From: a virus
Lineage: Duplodnaviria > Caudoviricetes
IMG/VR virus record: IMGVR_UViG_3300018430_000021
Coordinates: 192,001 to 256,000 of that record
Direction: 5' to 3' (one strand)
Length of the DNA stretch: 64,000 bases
The notes below the pieces were generated by a model. That model ran no database searches. It was not told where the DNA came from and was given only the letters and a program-made list of their open reading frames with translations. The position numbers and the translations under genes are program-made. Each line of letters starts with the position of its first letter. Position 1 is the stretch's first letter. Shown piece after piece: positions 46,355 to 56,037 of this stretch.

Positions 46355-46666
46355 TTACAACCCCGGAACTTCTATATCTTCAATTTCAAAATGAGTCGAA
46401 ATACGTTCCATGATACACCAACTGCCTATTGTCGAATACGAATCTAACCAGTGACAACCATGTTCGTATCTTGTAAAATCATAATGATACATGGGTTCAG
46501 TTTCACACATCTTCGCGACTTCATCCAGCTTATCCTGAATACATTTTTCGGCTTCTTCTACTGTCTTAAAACCGCCTTGAATATGTGTACCTTTACGTTC
46601 GGCTTCATCTCGTGGACCATCACAACGTATATAGCTAACTTCTGCAGTTACGATGTATAGTTTCAT
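46355..46666 (-). CDS. hypothetical protein
   Basis: Tiling ORF. Confidence 0.6.
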   Translation of the reverse strand: MKLYIVTAEVSYIRCDGPRDEAERKGTHIQGGFKTVEEAEKCIQDKLDEVAKMCETEPMYHYDFTRYEHGCHWLDSYSTIGSWCIMERISTHFEIEDIEVPGL

Positions 46667-47066
46667 GTACTAATTCCTTCAGTTCTTCTTTTTTCTTAGT
46701 TTCCATTTTTTCTCTATATCTGGGGCGTGTCATAAACGAATAAATCTTATCTATACCGGCCAGTTCGCCCCAGTAGCTACCTTTAAATCGTCGTTCGATA
46801 ATCTGGTAAAAAACACGCCCATCAAAACAGTTCAGTAAATCAATATGGTCTGTAAATTTTTGACGTTCTATACATTTTAAACCGTCATCCAGAAATTCCA
46901 GCTGGTAATATTTGCAATCGTTGTCAAATGTTATACGATACCGGTCAAATTCCAAGACTACGCCGAATATTGACCTGTAAACCTTATAGTCGATATAATA
47001 TTCGACAAGGCGCTCGGCCATATGCATAATTAAACCGTTTATTTTATCACGATAATAGGCGTTCAT
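46635..47066 (-). CDS. hypothetical protein
   Basis: Tiling ORF. Confidence 0.6.
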   Translation of the reverse strand: MNAYYRDKINGLIMHMAERLVEYYIDYKVYRSIFGVVLEFDRYRITFDNDCKYYQLEFLDDGLKCIERQKFTDHIDLLNCFDGRVFYQIIERRFKGSYWGELAGIDKIYSFMTRPRYREKMETKKKEELKELVHETIHRNCRS

Positions 47067-47067
47067 A

Positions 47068-47352
47068 TTATCCTTGTTTGTGTTTAAGCCAATTCTTCAT
47101 ATAGTCTATATCTTTCGTAATCGTAATGTCTCGCCACTGGTCATAAACAGCATAACGACCATCTGGAAGTAAGGCTACAACGATAGAATGAATATCGTCG
47201 CCATGGTTATAACAACAGATACCACAAGTACCGTTATCCTTGAAATGACATTCCGGTAAATAGCTCTTGCAAAGTTCTTTAAATTCATCAATCGACATAT
47301 TCGATTTCCTCCAGTAAATATTGGTCAACAGCACTGCCACATCCGAATACAT
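47068..47352 (-). CDS. hypothetical protein (start probably MSIDEF)
   Basis: Tiling ORF. Confidence 0.55.
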   Translation of the reverse strand: MYSDVAVLLTNIYWRKSNMSIDEFKELCKSYLPECHFKDNGTCGICCYNHGDDIHSIVVALLPDGRYAVYDQWRDITITKDIDYMKNWLKHKQG

Positions 47353-47623
47353 TATAACAAACAGTGGCTATTTTGCCGTTATTTAAAATTTCTTTCTTTG
47401 TTACTTCATATCCGCCACATTCAAAATAACCAGCCTTTGGCCAAGAATCATACCAATCTTTAATTATTTTTTTAGCCTTGTCAATATCTTTAAATACTTT
47501 GATATTTTCTGTATTTTTTATAGATACATCGCTTCCACCATTTGGGTTTCTCTTTGTGGCAGATGTATGATTCGTAACTAAATATAATTTTTTCATTATG
47601 CAACCGTCGGCATGAAGGCCCAA
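47288..47623 (-). CDS. hypothetical protein (start probably MKKLYL)
   Basis: Tiling ORF. Confidence 0.55.
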   Translation of the reverse strand: MGLHADGCIMKKLYLVTNHTSATKRNPNGGSDVSIKNTENIKVFKDIDKAKKIIKDWYDSWPKAGYFECGGYEVTKKEILNNGKIATVCYNVFGCGSAVDQYLLEEIEYVD

Positions 47624-47820
47624 AGTGCAATTTCTTTCATAGAATAATTGAAACTACCGCTATTAAAGAATACAGTACCGATATGGTTCTTAATCAAGGA
47701 ACCTATAAAGTATTCGCCATCGGTCGTCTTTACGAGAATCTTCTTATACAATCCGATAGTTTCTACATCTTCTGGAAGGAAATCACGGAATATCATTTCT
47801 TTCTTAATTTCTTTTCTCAT
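47596..47820 (-). CDS. hypothetical protein
   Basis: Tiling ORF. Confidence 0.55.
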   Translation of the reverse strand: MRKEIKKEMIFRDFLPEDVETIGLYKKILVKTTDGEYFIGSLIKNHIGTVFFNSGSFNYSMKEIALWAFMPTVA

Positions 47821-48056
47821 AATTCAATTCCTTTAATTTTCTTGATGAGGTCTTCGCACTCGTCAATAATAGTTCTGTTCTTATTCTTAATGGCCAGGTT
47901 GTAAATACTCATAATATCATACGGATATTTTGGCGTCGGATAAATCTTGATAAAATTATCGTATTTATCCAGATAACAATAAAACGACGCACCTTTATGA
48001 GATACTTCGATTTTATAAGTACCGTCTGCTTCTTCTGTTGAGTATAAGTATTTCAT
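47817..48056 (-). CDS. hypothetical protein
   Basis: Tiling ORF. Confidence 0.55.
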   Translation of the reverse strand: MKYLYSTEEADGTYKIEVSHKGASFYCYLDKYDNFIKIYPTPKYPYDIMSIYNLAIKNKNRTIIDECEDLIKKIKGIEL

Positions 48057-48119
48057 AGTTAATAATATAGTAAAAATAATAAAGGCTATTAGTCATTGAG
48101 ATGAATAATAGCCGATTTT

Positions 48120-48353
48120 TTAAGTATTTGTCAAATTATGATACACATTTAGGATTTCTTTCAAAAACTCTTCATCTGTATCATACGGACCGCAATCAGT
48201 CGCAAGATTAAGGCCTAATTCTGGAATAGTCAACTGTATCTTGTTGTCACGAATGAGGTCCAAGAACTGTTTGACAAACTCGTTCGTCGCGCTCAGCTTA
48301 TCGTAAAGTTCTTGATTCTCGTAATACAATTTCCAATATTCTCGTTCAATCAT
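48120..48353 (-). CDS. hypothetical protein
   Basis: Tiling ORF. Confidence 0.55.
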   Translation of the reverse strand: MIEREYWKLYYENQELYDKLSATNEFVKQFLDLIRDNKIQLTIPELGLNLATDCGPYDTDEEFLKEILNVYHNLTNT

Positions 48354-48355
48354 AA

Positions 48356-48625
48356 TCAGTAGTCCATGCTTGAAAATATTTCTTCGTTGACAAAACCCTG
48401 AATCTGGTCTGTCAATGCATCGAGAGCATCTTTTTCGGTCTTGTTTGGATCATACGATATATAATGCTTCAAAATATCAGGAAGGTCATCAAGCTTATCC
48501 ACATCATTGGAATTCAACATGAATATGGAAGCTACAACATTCGGTTTCTTATAAGCATCCAAATCTTTTGTAGCCAACATATGCACGAAATTCAAATTAT
48601 TTTTAAAAGATACCCTACGTTTCAT
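48356..48625 (-). CDS. hypothetical protein
   Basis: Tiling ORF. Confidence 0.55.
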   Translation of the reverse strand: MKRRVSFKNNLNFVHMLATKDLDAYKKPNVVASIFMLNSNDVDKLDDLPDILKHYISYDPNKTEKDALDALTDQIQGFVNEEIFSSMDY

Positions 48626-49205
48626 TTTTCAAGACCTTCATTGCTTCGTCATGATTATAGCCGGAATACATTTCCTTACCCATGTTGTCATAAATGAAAA
48701 GCTGACCAATCATGTTAATATCAACAGTATAATCGCCACACTGGAAACTATTGACATCAGTTTCACTGTCAATCGGTTCGCAAGTAATTTTTTTATGTTC
48801 TGCCTTTTGTAAAAAGAACTCCGTTGTCTTCTTCAGAATATAATCGTCAGCCAGAACTTCTGGATTAACAGTCTTTTGAGCAATCGACATGAGCTTATTC
48901 TTGGCCCAATCCAACGGTGCCGAACATTCAGGACAATAGTTGAGTTTAACGGCGCATTCTTCCCAGTCATTTCCAAAAAGCATTAACTGGTTATTTTCAA
49001 TAACGAGCTCACCACCCATGAAAATAGTATCAGGACCAATGTTCTTGCGATAATCAATACTATAACCAGAACAAAAGGCTCGATTATTCTTTCGTTCCGG
49101 ATCAAGAACCTTCAAATTTTCTCTATCTACAATACTGTGTAGCCATTCACAAAATTGACACATATAAATTTCTCCTTTAATAGTCTGTATCAAAAAGGAC
49201 ATCAC
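48615..49205 (-). CDS. CxxC zinc-binding protein (start probably MCQFCE)
   Basis: MCQFC...NYCPEC. Confidence 0.65.
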   Translation of the reverse strand: MMSFLIQTIKGEIYMCQFCEWLHSIVDRENLKVLDPERKNNRAFCSGYSIDYRKNIGPDTIFMGGELVIENNQLMLFGNDWEECAVKLNYCPECSAPLDWAKNKLMSIAQKTVNPEVLADDYILKKTTEFFLQKAEHKKITCEPIDSETDVNSFQCGDYTVDINMIGQLFIYDNMGKEMYSGYNHDEAMKVLKNET

Positions 49206-49491
49206 ATCCGCAAATATCCTTCAATTTCTGTTTAATTAAATGATGTGCCTCAATTAGACCGCCTTCGGACGAAAATACATTCAATTCCTTGGCGGCAAGT
49301 TTCATATCGGCATTCACCTTATCGCAAATAGAAAAATCACAAGAAAATACACTGGCTACGGCACTGGTTTCACACCAGGGCTTAGTAGTGAACCGTGACC
49401 ATAGTTCCTTATCCTTGCAAATACTGATAATGACATGGAACACGGCATAGTTAGTCATTTGGATTCGATAATTTATTGTATCATTCTCCAT
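49177..49491 (-). CDS. hypothetical protein
   Basis: Tiling ORF. Confidence 0.55.
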   Translation of the reverse strand: MENDTINYRIQMTNYAVFHVIISICKDKELWSRFTTKPWCETSAVASVFSCDFSICDKVNADMKLAAKELNVFSSEGGLIEAHHLIKQKLKDICGCDVLFDTDY

Positions 49492-49497
49492 CGCTTA

Positions 49498-49890
49498 TTA
49501 TACCTTAGTGAGTTTAACTGTACGGCGGAGCTTTACACTAGCTTCTTGGTCTAACTCGGCAATAGGTTGGATTTCAAGGTCGGCCGTAAATTCTTTAGTA
49601 TGCTTACATTCTTGTAACTTATCATCAAAGAGGTCAATAAAAATCTTATACCTTAATGGCTCCTTTTGTCCGTCGAACAACTTGGAGACATAGAAATCTT
49701 CAAATTCATCAAAGGTAATATAAGATTCATTAAAAATTCGCTTTGCCCTTAACATCAATTCATGGTCGTACTTTTCATCCTTATATGACCAGAAACGAAT
49801 TCTGAAAAGATAATTCTTCGCAATATTCGGCATATTAGCCAACTGACCAAAAACATTCATAGATTCATTCATATTTTTCCCTTTTAACAA
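49498..49890 (-). CDS. protein weakly resembling T4 gp19-type tail tube fold
   Basis: NIAKNYLFRIRF...LMLRAK...ITFDEFEDF. Confidence 0.35.
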   Translation of the reverse strand: MLKGKNMNESMNVFGQLANMPNIAKNYLFRIRFWSYKDEKYDHELMLRAKRIFNESYITFDEFEDFYVSKLFDGQKEPLRYKIFIDLFDDKLQECKHTKEFTADLEIQPIAELDQEASVKLRRTVKLTKV

Positions 49891-50291
49891 ATTTTAATAT
49901 CAACTTCCCAGTATGGACCTATATAGGACTTAAGAGCTTCCGTACTATCATAAGAAGTCCAGCTCATCGGACAAACAATTTTATCGCTAAAAATATTCGC
50001 CAAGAAACAATAGATAGCATCCATTTCATTCTTTACATGTCCGATATAATTAGCAGCCATAACAGCTGCAATTTCCAAAGCTATCTGATGTATAGTACCG
50101 ACTGTTACCAAATCGCCAGCATGTGCATTTACTACTTCAGTCATGAATTGCTTACGCAAATCCCAAACGCCCTTCATAATTTCAACTTCCATGTCACGCT
50201 CTATCTGGGCCATCTGTACTGGCGTAAGATGCGACATGTCGTCCGGGCTTTCTAAAGTAAACTTAGCTTGTACCCTAGGTGTTAGAATCAC
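49884..50291 (-). CDS. hypothetical protein
   Basis: Tiling ORF. Confidence 0.6.
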   Translation of the reverse strand: MILTPRVQAKFTLESPDDMSHLTPVQMAQIERDMEVEIMKGVWDLRKQFMTEVVNAHAGDLVTVGTIHQIALEIAAVMAANYIGHVKNEMDAIYCFLANIFSDKIVCPMSWTSYDSTEALKSYIGPYWEVDIKIC

Positions 50292-50559
50292 AGGATAATT
50301 CTCCTTTTTGTACAGTAACTTTAAGGTCTACATGGTCGACCGAATTCGATAATATTACATGAATATACGGAGCAAACACAATGCCAGAATTACGATACAT
50401 GTCATGGGTGGCAATAGCAACCATGTATAGCGGATTACTCATGTCATCCGTAATATCGGGTACCTTGATACGATACTTCTGACCTTTACCGATAAATGTT
50501 GATACAAACAAAGTTGGCAAATTTTTAGTTTCTTCGTATGTGTAATACTGTCCAAACAT
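50275..50559 (-). CDS. small protein with gp23 C-terminal-like motif
   Basis: NSGIVFAPYI. Confidence 0.4.
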   Translation of the reverse strand: MFGQYYTYEETKNLPTLFVSTFIGKGQKYRIKVPDITDDMSNPLYMVAIATHDMYRNSGIVFAPYIHVILSNSVDHVDLKVTVQKGELSCDSNT

Positions 50560-50577
50560 AACTACAATATAAAAATT

Positions 50578-51264
50578 TTAACTCTTGCTATATGCACTTC
50601 CAGGAACTATTTTCCAGCTTTTTAATTCAAGATAAGCATAATCGCCGTTATAACCACAATTAGTTTCTAATCGGATTAAGTTATTTTGATTAACTTTATA
50701 TTTTTTACAAAACTTGGATTCTAGCACATCGTAATCAATATACTCACCGTAAGAATCTTTACGTTTTAACGGACGGAAATAATGGAATGTTATTTTCGGA
50801 TTATCCGTTTTAATTGCTAGATGATAAGCAAAATCATCTTTTTCCATATTCAAAGATTCCTTTTTCTTAAGCAACAAAATATAACCAGTTTCCGGAGCAT
50901 AATCACGATAAGCCATTCCGTATATCCAAGATTCTGCATTATATTCTTTTGCTGCGATATTTACGAGTTCTTCAAAATCTCTGGAAAATAATTCATGTTT
51001 ACCGCAGCAATATCTTAACGGATCTCCATCTGTAGTAAAGAATATCAAAGTACCATTTACTGATGGACAATTAAATACAGAATGTACCATATTGAAACGT
51101 GGCAAGAATGTCTTGACGGTATCAGTAGTTTGCATTAACTTAACATCGTCTTTTATTGAACGATGGGTTACTTTAACCTTTGGCTGTTTTTTAACGACGA
51201 CATAAGTATCGCCTTCCAACATTAATTCTACAAAATTATCATGATATAATCGTTTTCTATCCAT
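50578..51264 (-). CDS. hypothetical protein
   Basis: Long tiling ORF. Confidence 0.65.
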   Translation of the reverse strand: MDRKRLYHDNFVELMLEGDTYVVVKKQPKVKVTHRSIKDDVKLMQTTDTVKTFLPRFNMVHSVFNCPSVNGTLIFFTTDGDPLRYCCGKHELFSRDFEELVNIAAKEYNAESWIYGMAYRDYAPETGYILLLKKKESLNMEKDDFAYHLAIKTDNPKITFHYFRPLKRKDSYGEYIDYDVLESKFCKKYKVNQNNLIRLETNCGYNGDYAYLELKSWKIVPGSAYSKS

Positions 51265-51266
51265 AA

Positions 51267-51488
51267 TTACCTATCAATTACTAACATATCCTTTTTACCG
51301 CCAGCTATATCATAATGACAACCGTCTTCAGCCAGATAAAAAACTTTATCATTATAAAAATTTTCTTTATTGAGCGGACACTTTATAAAACCCTGATCAT
51401 CATCGATATAATTATAACACCAAACTTCGATGTCGCCGTGTTGGTCTTTTTGTTCATTCAAAAACTCAATAAGTTCGGAAATTTTCAT
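51267..51488 (-). CDS. small phage protein (MKISELIE..HGDIEV type)
   Basis: Common phage N-terminal pattern. Confidence 0.6.
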   Translation of the reverse strand: MKISELIEFLNEQKDQHGDIEVWCYNYIDDDQGFIKCPLNKENFYNDKVFYLAEDGCHYDIAGGKKDMLVIDR

Positions 51489-51500
51489 ATCAGGCCTTAT

Positions 51501-51800
51501 TTAAACCTGTTCGTATGGAATACCATAAGGACTACGAATCGTTACGCCCTTAACTTCTTCCGTTTTATAGTTAATACAGTCTTTCGGATATTCATAGGCC
51601 GTTGCGGTTACAATATAAGAAGCCTTGCATTTCGGACATTCTCCAGTTCTACCGATAACATGTTCATATTCATTACCCATGGAACGCGTTTCGCATACCC
51701 ATGCGTCATGAATAAAACTGCCTGCCAATAATGTAAACGCATGATTACATTTATCGCATGTTACCTGAACATCTGCAATTACTTTAAATTTCATATTCAC
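51501..51800 (-). CDS. zinc-ribbon protein
   Basis: CDKC...RSMGNEYEH...CPKC. Confidence 0.6.
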   Translation of the reverse strand: MNMKFKVIADVQVTCDKCNHAFTLLAGSFIHDAWVCETRSMGNEYEHVIGRTGECPKCKASYIVTATAYEYPKDCINYKTEEVKGVTIRSPYGIPYEQV

Positions 51801-52102
51801 CTCTTATCAACCGAATGTTCTTTTATATAATCTTCCAATTCTTTCCAGCCAGATTCGTCAAGTTCTTCCAGTTTATTCTTAAAGCATTCTATGAATCTCA
51901 TCGTGTACGACTCACTACACCAGGCATTATGCTTGAGTTTCCAATATCTTTCCTCTGACTTCTTTTTATAATCGTTCAAAAGAAACTTCAGACGTTTAAT
52001 CCTGCGTTGATATACATCAATAAGAAGTCGAACATCCTCAATGTCGACTTCCTTTTTATCTCTATACTTAGTTGCAATATAATTCTTACTTATTTTCTTC
52101 AT
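51797..52102 (-). CDS. hypothetical protein
   Basis: Tiling ORF. Confidence 0.55.
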   Translation of the reverse strand: MKKISKNYIATKYRDKKEVDIEDVRLLIDVYQRRIKRLKFLLNDYKKKSEERYWKLKHNAWCSESYTMRFIECFKNKLEELDESGWKELEDYIKEHSVDKR

Positions 52103-52466
52103 CTATCTTATATGGACAATAAACCACACCAATATTGGACTGATTTATCTTAGCCTTGTATGAAAGTGTTACTGATGATAAAGATAGATTTTTATCGTCA
52201 TATAGTTTGACCGGACCAAGAGTTTCTGCTGGAATTTCTTCAGGTTTGACTTGATGTCCTTTATCACATTCAAGACATTCATATTGTGCCGGATATGAAA
52301 GTAATACGACTGGTGAAAACTCTTTTGCGGGTTTCCACTTATTACAGCGCCAGCAACGCTTATAAGGATTATCCATACTGTCTAATCCTTCATTTCCATA
52401 CAGATTTTTCTTGTAAATACGTAAACCCTTATCTGCGAGTTCTTCATAGGGAAACGACGCCTTCAT
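52086..52466 (-). CDS. zinc-finger protein with C-terminal GVVYCPY motif
   Basis: CWRC..KP..EF...CLEC. Confidence 0.55.
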   Translation of the reverse strand: MKASFPYEELADKGLRIYKKNLYGNEGLDSMDNPYKRCWRCNKWKPAKEFSPVVLLSYPAQYECLECDKGHQVKPEEIPAETLGPVKLYDDKNLSLSSVTLSYKAKINQSNIGVVYCPYKIDEENK

Positions 52467-52917
52467 ATCCTAGCTCCTTAAGTTTTTGAATGTCTTCATC
52501 TGTAAGTACAATCGGTTTTCCCGGATATTCTTCTACCTTGCCTATTATACAATAGGATAAAAACATAGAATATTCAGTTATCCAGTCTGCGACCAAATGC
52601 CTATGACAAAAATCTTCTGGTTTTTCATAACACAGAAGTATAATCTTATCCGGCGATACCTTTGTCAATTCCAACAAATCACTTACAACAGTAGTAATAC
52701 AACGTTTGGCAAGAATCTGTTTCTGAAACTGCTCCTTGTAATATTCTACGTCGCCTTTGTGCTCGCCGTTCTTCCAATTGTTCAGAATATCCCAGTTAGG
52801 TGCAAGATCCTTATATTCAAGGCCCTTATACCAGTCTGGCGTCTTTAAAGCAATAGAAACCGGAACTAGTCCGGCTTTTTCATAGGTTTTTAACTTTGCA
52901 AAATATCCAGTATACAT
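52444..52917 (-). CDS. DUF488-family protein
   Basis: YTGYFA, PDWY.G..Y..LAP, LLCYEKPEDFCHRHLVADW. Confidence 0.8.
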   Translation of the reverse strand: MYTGYFAKLKTYEKAGLVPVSIALKTPDWYKGLEYKDLAPNWDILNNWKNGEHKGDVEYYKEQFQKQILAKRCITTVVSDLLELTKVSPDKIILLCYEKPEDFCHRHLVADWITEYSMFLSYCIIGKVEEYPGKPIVLTDEDIQKLKELGYEGVVSL

Positions 52918-53603
52918 TAGACCTTCTTCATTAGGTCTTTTAACAAGACCGATTTTCCATTAAACGTATAATAAGAATCGTCAAAGCCTATCTTGTTCCA
53001 TTCCATATATTCCTTCATGGGGAACTTCAGCCAGACGAAATCTTTATCTTCCTTATGAATATAACTTCGATATGCCTTACCGGAATTCAAAACATATTCC
53101 TGCGGAAACTTATAGGTGAAATACTGGTCTCTGAACTTTACGCCAGCCAGGAACTGGTTGACGCTTGACATGATAATATCCACGGCTGTCGGAACCTTCC
53201 AATTCTTTATGTCTTCCTTGGTCTGCTGAATACGTCTCAGTTCGCGGGCTTCGTGTTCACGAATGTCAGAAATACGTTCCGGCCATCCAGATCTTTTATA
53301 GTCAATTTTACCATCTTTTGTTAGGTATACTTCTTCTCGTTTGAAGAATTTATTATGCCAGAAGTCATAGTCAAATGCTTCAAAGTCATAATCGTGTTCG
53401 TCTGGTCCTGTATAGACACAACCAGATAAAGGCCGAGAATACCTATGTCTCAACAGATAATCTTTGGCCTTATTGTAATCGCAATCATTATTGATAAATA
53501 CCTGTTTACAGACCATCATTCCATGACCTGTATCTTGGTGCAACTGTCTGACAATTTCGTGTTTAATTTCCATTAGATTCTTCTGGTTTACGTTCTTCAA
53601 CAA
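52917..53603 (-). CDS. protein with EF-Ts N-terminal (UBA-like) domain
   Basis: IVRQLHQDTGHGMMVCKQVF...DYNKAKDYL. Confidence 0.65.
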   Translation of the reverse strand: MLKNVNQKNLMEIKHEIVRQLHQDTGHGMMVCKQVFINNDCDYNKAKDYLLRHRYSRPLSGCVYTGPDEHDYDFEAFDYDFWHNKFFKREEVYLTKDGKIDYKRSGWPERISDIREHEARELRRIQQTKEDIKNWKVPTAVDIIMSSVNQFLAGVKFRDQYFTYKFPQEYVLNSGKAYRSYIHKEDKDFVWLKFPMKEYMEWNKIGFDDSYYTFNGKSVLLKDLMKKV

Positions 53604-53904
53604 ACAATTTCATGATGTCTTCGGAAATACCAAACAAAGGCTTGCCGTTTTCGTCAAAACGAACCAGGATAGAAATATTCTGGCCGTTAGGAAGCTTGAG
53701 CATGGTCATAGCTGTAAACTTCATTTTAATAACTTCACTGCCATCAGAACCGGGTTTTTTATATTCACGGATTATCGGTTCTGGAAGCGCGAATATCGCC
53801 ATCTTATCTTCATTACCCTTGGCTTCTTCCGTGAGACGTTTCCAAGTTACGATGTTTTTACAAAAATTGTTTACTGCGAAATCGTTTTTACTGAAATCAA
53901 TCAT
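53563..53904 (-). CDS. hypothetical protein
   Basis: Tiling ORF. Confidence 0.6.
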   Translation of the reverse strand: MIDFSKNDFAVNNFCKNIVTWKRLTEEAKGNEDKMAIFALPEPIIREYKKPGSDGSEVIKMKFTAMTMLKLPNGQNISILVRFDENGKPLFGISEDIMKLFVEERKPEESNGN

Positions 53905-53907
53905 AGT

Positions 53908-54195
53908 TTATTCCCAATCATTTAAATAGCGCCATTTTTTGACGCCTTTTGTATCACACGGCCATTTGTAATTCTCATCCTGTAAATCATAGGATTTCCA
54001 CCAATCATCGTCGGTGTATTCTTCCCATGGAACCATATAAGCCTTACTTGTATGACCGTCTTCATGTTCAAATTCTATTTCAACGTCGCCCCAGTTACTA
54101 CCTGGAACTTCATGATAGATTGTATCATAAATGTCATCCTGACTCCAATCCAGCCATTCTGACCATGTAGGTTCTTTATTGCCAGTCGAAGACAT
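53908..54195 (-). CDS. hypothetical protein
   Basis: Tiling ORF. Confidence 0.6.
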   Translation of the reverse strand: MSSTGNKEPTWSEWLDWSQDDIYDTIYHEVPGSNWGDVEIEFEHEDGHTSKAYMVPWEEYTDDDWWKSYDLQDENYKWPCDTKGVKKWRYLNDWE

Positions 54196-54574
54196 CTAAA
54201 ATCCAATCCTGTTCAGCCTTATCAAAGGCTTCTAAAGTTTCATCTGAATATTGGGCACGCGAACCGTTGCGTTCTGCGCGGTCGTAGGCCTTTTGTTTTT
54301 GCTCACCCTTATAGAACTGCGTATCATGCCAATAATGCCTGTCAGAGTGATGTCTGTGCAAAGAATAAGCACGCTGGCGGTCAGCCTCGGTCATACCGTA
54401 CTGTTTTTCTAAATCATCCGAAAGTTGTCGCCATTTTTCCATATTGATAATACCATTAGAATCTTTAGATTTTTCCCAAAGGTTATCATGCTCTTTCATA
54501 AAACGGAGGAGCTTCTTTTCATATCTGTCTTTTTGTCTGTTCTTCATAGTTCTTCCTCTACGAACCTCCACCAA
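54176..54574 (-). CDS. hypothetical protein
   Basis: Tiling ORF. Confidence 0.6.
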   Translation of the reverse strand: MVEVRRGRTMKNRQKDRYEKKLLRFMKEHDNLWEKSKDSNGIINMEKWRQLSDDLEKQYGMTEADRQRAYSLHRHHSDRHYWHDTQFYKGEQKQKAYDRAERNGSRAQYSDETLEAFDKAEQDWILDVFDWQ

Positions 54575-54819
54575 CCTGCATCATATACATGATGGTCACA
54601 ATCTACGTCGAAATCGTTGTCTTTTACTGGCTTCGCCCAATCCCAACAATTATGTTCCTTATCAAAGACAATTTTTGCGTTGACTATCTCATAAGGATCA
54701 TCTTTATTCCAAGGATATAATTTAATATTGACCAGAATACACCAAGACTTATCCCATTGGTCTTGATTATCCCATGGGCTAGAATCTTTGAATGTATGCC
54801 AGTCAGTATCAAATTTCAT
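54544..54819 (-). CDS. hypothetical protein
   Basis: Tiling ORF. Confidence 0.6.
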   Translation of the reverse strand: MKFDTDWHTFKDSSPWDNQDQWDKSWCILVNIKLYPWNKDDPYEIVNAKIVFDKEHNCWDWAKPVKDNDFDVDCDHHVYDAGWWRFVEEEL

Positions 54820-54820
54820 G

Positions 54821-55582
54821 TTATTTATTTATAGCGTCGAGAAGCTTTTTATACTGCTTGTTCTTCTCTTCTAGTTCTTTCTTTTCTTTTGCACGTTCAT
54901 CACGAATAACAAGCCACTGTTCATAAGTAATTACCCAGCAGCCCGTGTCATGATTAACGGTAACGCCTTCATCCGTGAAGTTTTCCTTGAAAGTTTCGAT
55001 AATGAACTTCTTGTAATCGTCCTTTTCTGCATCTGCCGGAAGCATGCCGAGATACTTGTCGACTTCATTTACATACAAGTAAACCTCAGCATTACCGTCA
55101 CGCTTAGGGTCAAGAATATCATTAAACATGAAGCCAGCATCCATATACTTAATGTACTTTTCAGCATTTGCTTCATACATCGAAATTCGTTCGTCAAAAT
55201 TCTGCTTGGTCTTTACAACTGCATCGAAAAGTTCCTGAAGGGAATTATACATTGTACTCTGAAAATCCTTATCCAAGAAATAATCTTCGAAGTCACAATA
55301 TGTAGAAAATCGCTGAATCTTGTATTCATCAACTTGTGAAATAAACTTAAACTTCTGCTTATTGTAGCAGATTTTAACCATAAATCCAAGCTTCTTATAA
55401 TTCTCCGGCCAGATATTAGCAGTTTCAAAATGAAGATTATACTTTTCTTTCAGCTGTGCGTAGATTACTGGGTCAATAGCCTTGAATTCCTGTTCGAATC
55501 GTTCAAGCGAATGATTTATTGCAGACTTATGGTCCCAAAAAACCCACAAAAATTTTTCTTTTCCGGTAAGAAGATTTTTCAT
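54821..55582 (-). CDS. hypothetical protein
   Basis: Long tiling ORF. Confidence 0.7.
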   Translation of the reverse strand: MKNLLTGKEKFLWVFWDHKSAINHSLERFEQEFKAIDPVIYAQLKEKYNLHFETANIWPENYKKLGFMVKICYNKQKFKFISQVDEYKIQRFSTYCDFEDYFLDKDFQSTMYNSLQELFDAVVKTKQNFDERISMYEANAEKYIKYMDAGFMFNDILDPKRDGNAEVYLYVNEVDKYLGMLPADAEKDDYKKFIIETFKENFTDEGVTVNHDTGCWVITYEQWLVIRDERAKEKKELEEKNKQYKKLLDAINK

Positions 55583-56037
55583 TACTTGTCTCCGTATTTT
55601 GCTTTTAATCTTTCGTATTCGGCACGTTCTTCCGCTTCTTTCTTTTCTTTCGCGAGTTGACGTTCTTTTTCCTTACGTTCACGTTGACGACGCGCTTGTT
55701 CTTTATATTTTTCGTCTTCTTCCTTAATATACTTGGTCAAGGCTTCGTCATCATAAAGGAATTCCTTTTTAAATTCAGTATAACCAATATAGTCACCATC
55801 TCTATCGGTATCGGAAGTACCAAAATCTACATAATCCGGCTTGCATTCGGTTTGACGAACATGCATATCATAGTTATCACGACCCCTGAAAAGCTGACCG
55901 CAAGACCAATCACAAAATCCCGGAACATTATGCTTTTTATAAAGTTCAGTATAAAGACGATTAAACACATGTTGTGCACGGTCTACGAGCTTATCGTAGT
56001 CTTCAAGTGTCTTATCAACATCATTTCTGTTTAGCAT
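55582..56037 (-). CDS. hypothetical protein
   Basis: Tiling ORF, C-terminal ERAEYERLKAKY pattern. Confidence 0.65.
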   Translation of the reverse strand: MLNRNDVDKTLEDYDKLVDRAQHVFNRLYTELYKKHNVPGFCDWSCGQLFRGRDNYDMHVRQTECKPDYVDFGTSDTDRDGDYIGYTEFKKEFLYDDEALTKYIKEEDEKYKEQARRQRERKEKERQLAKEKKEAEERAEYERLKAKYGDK

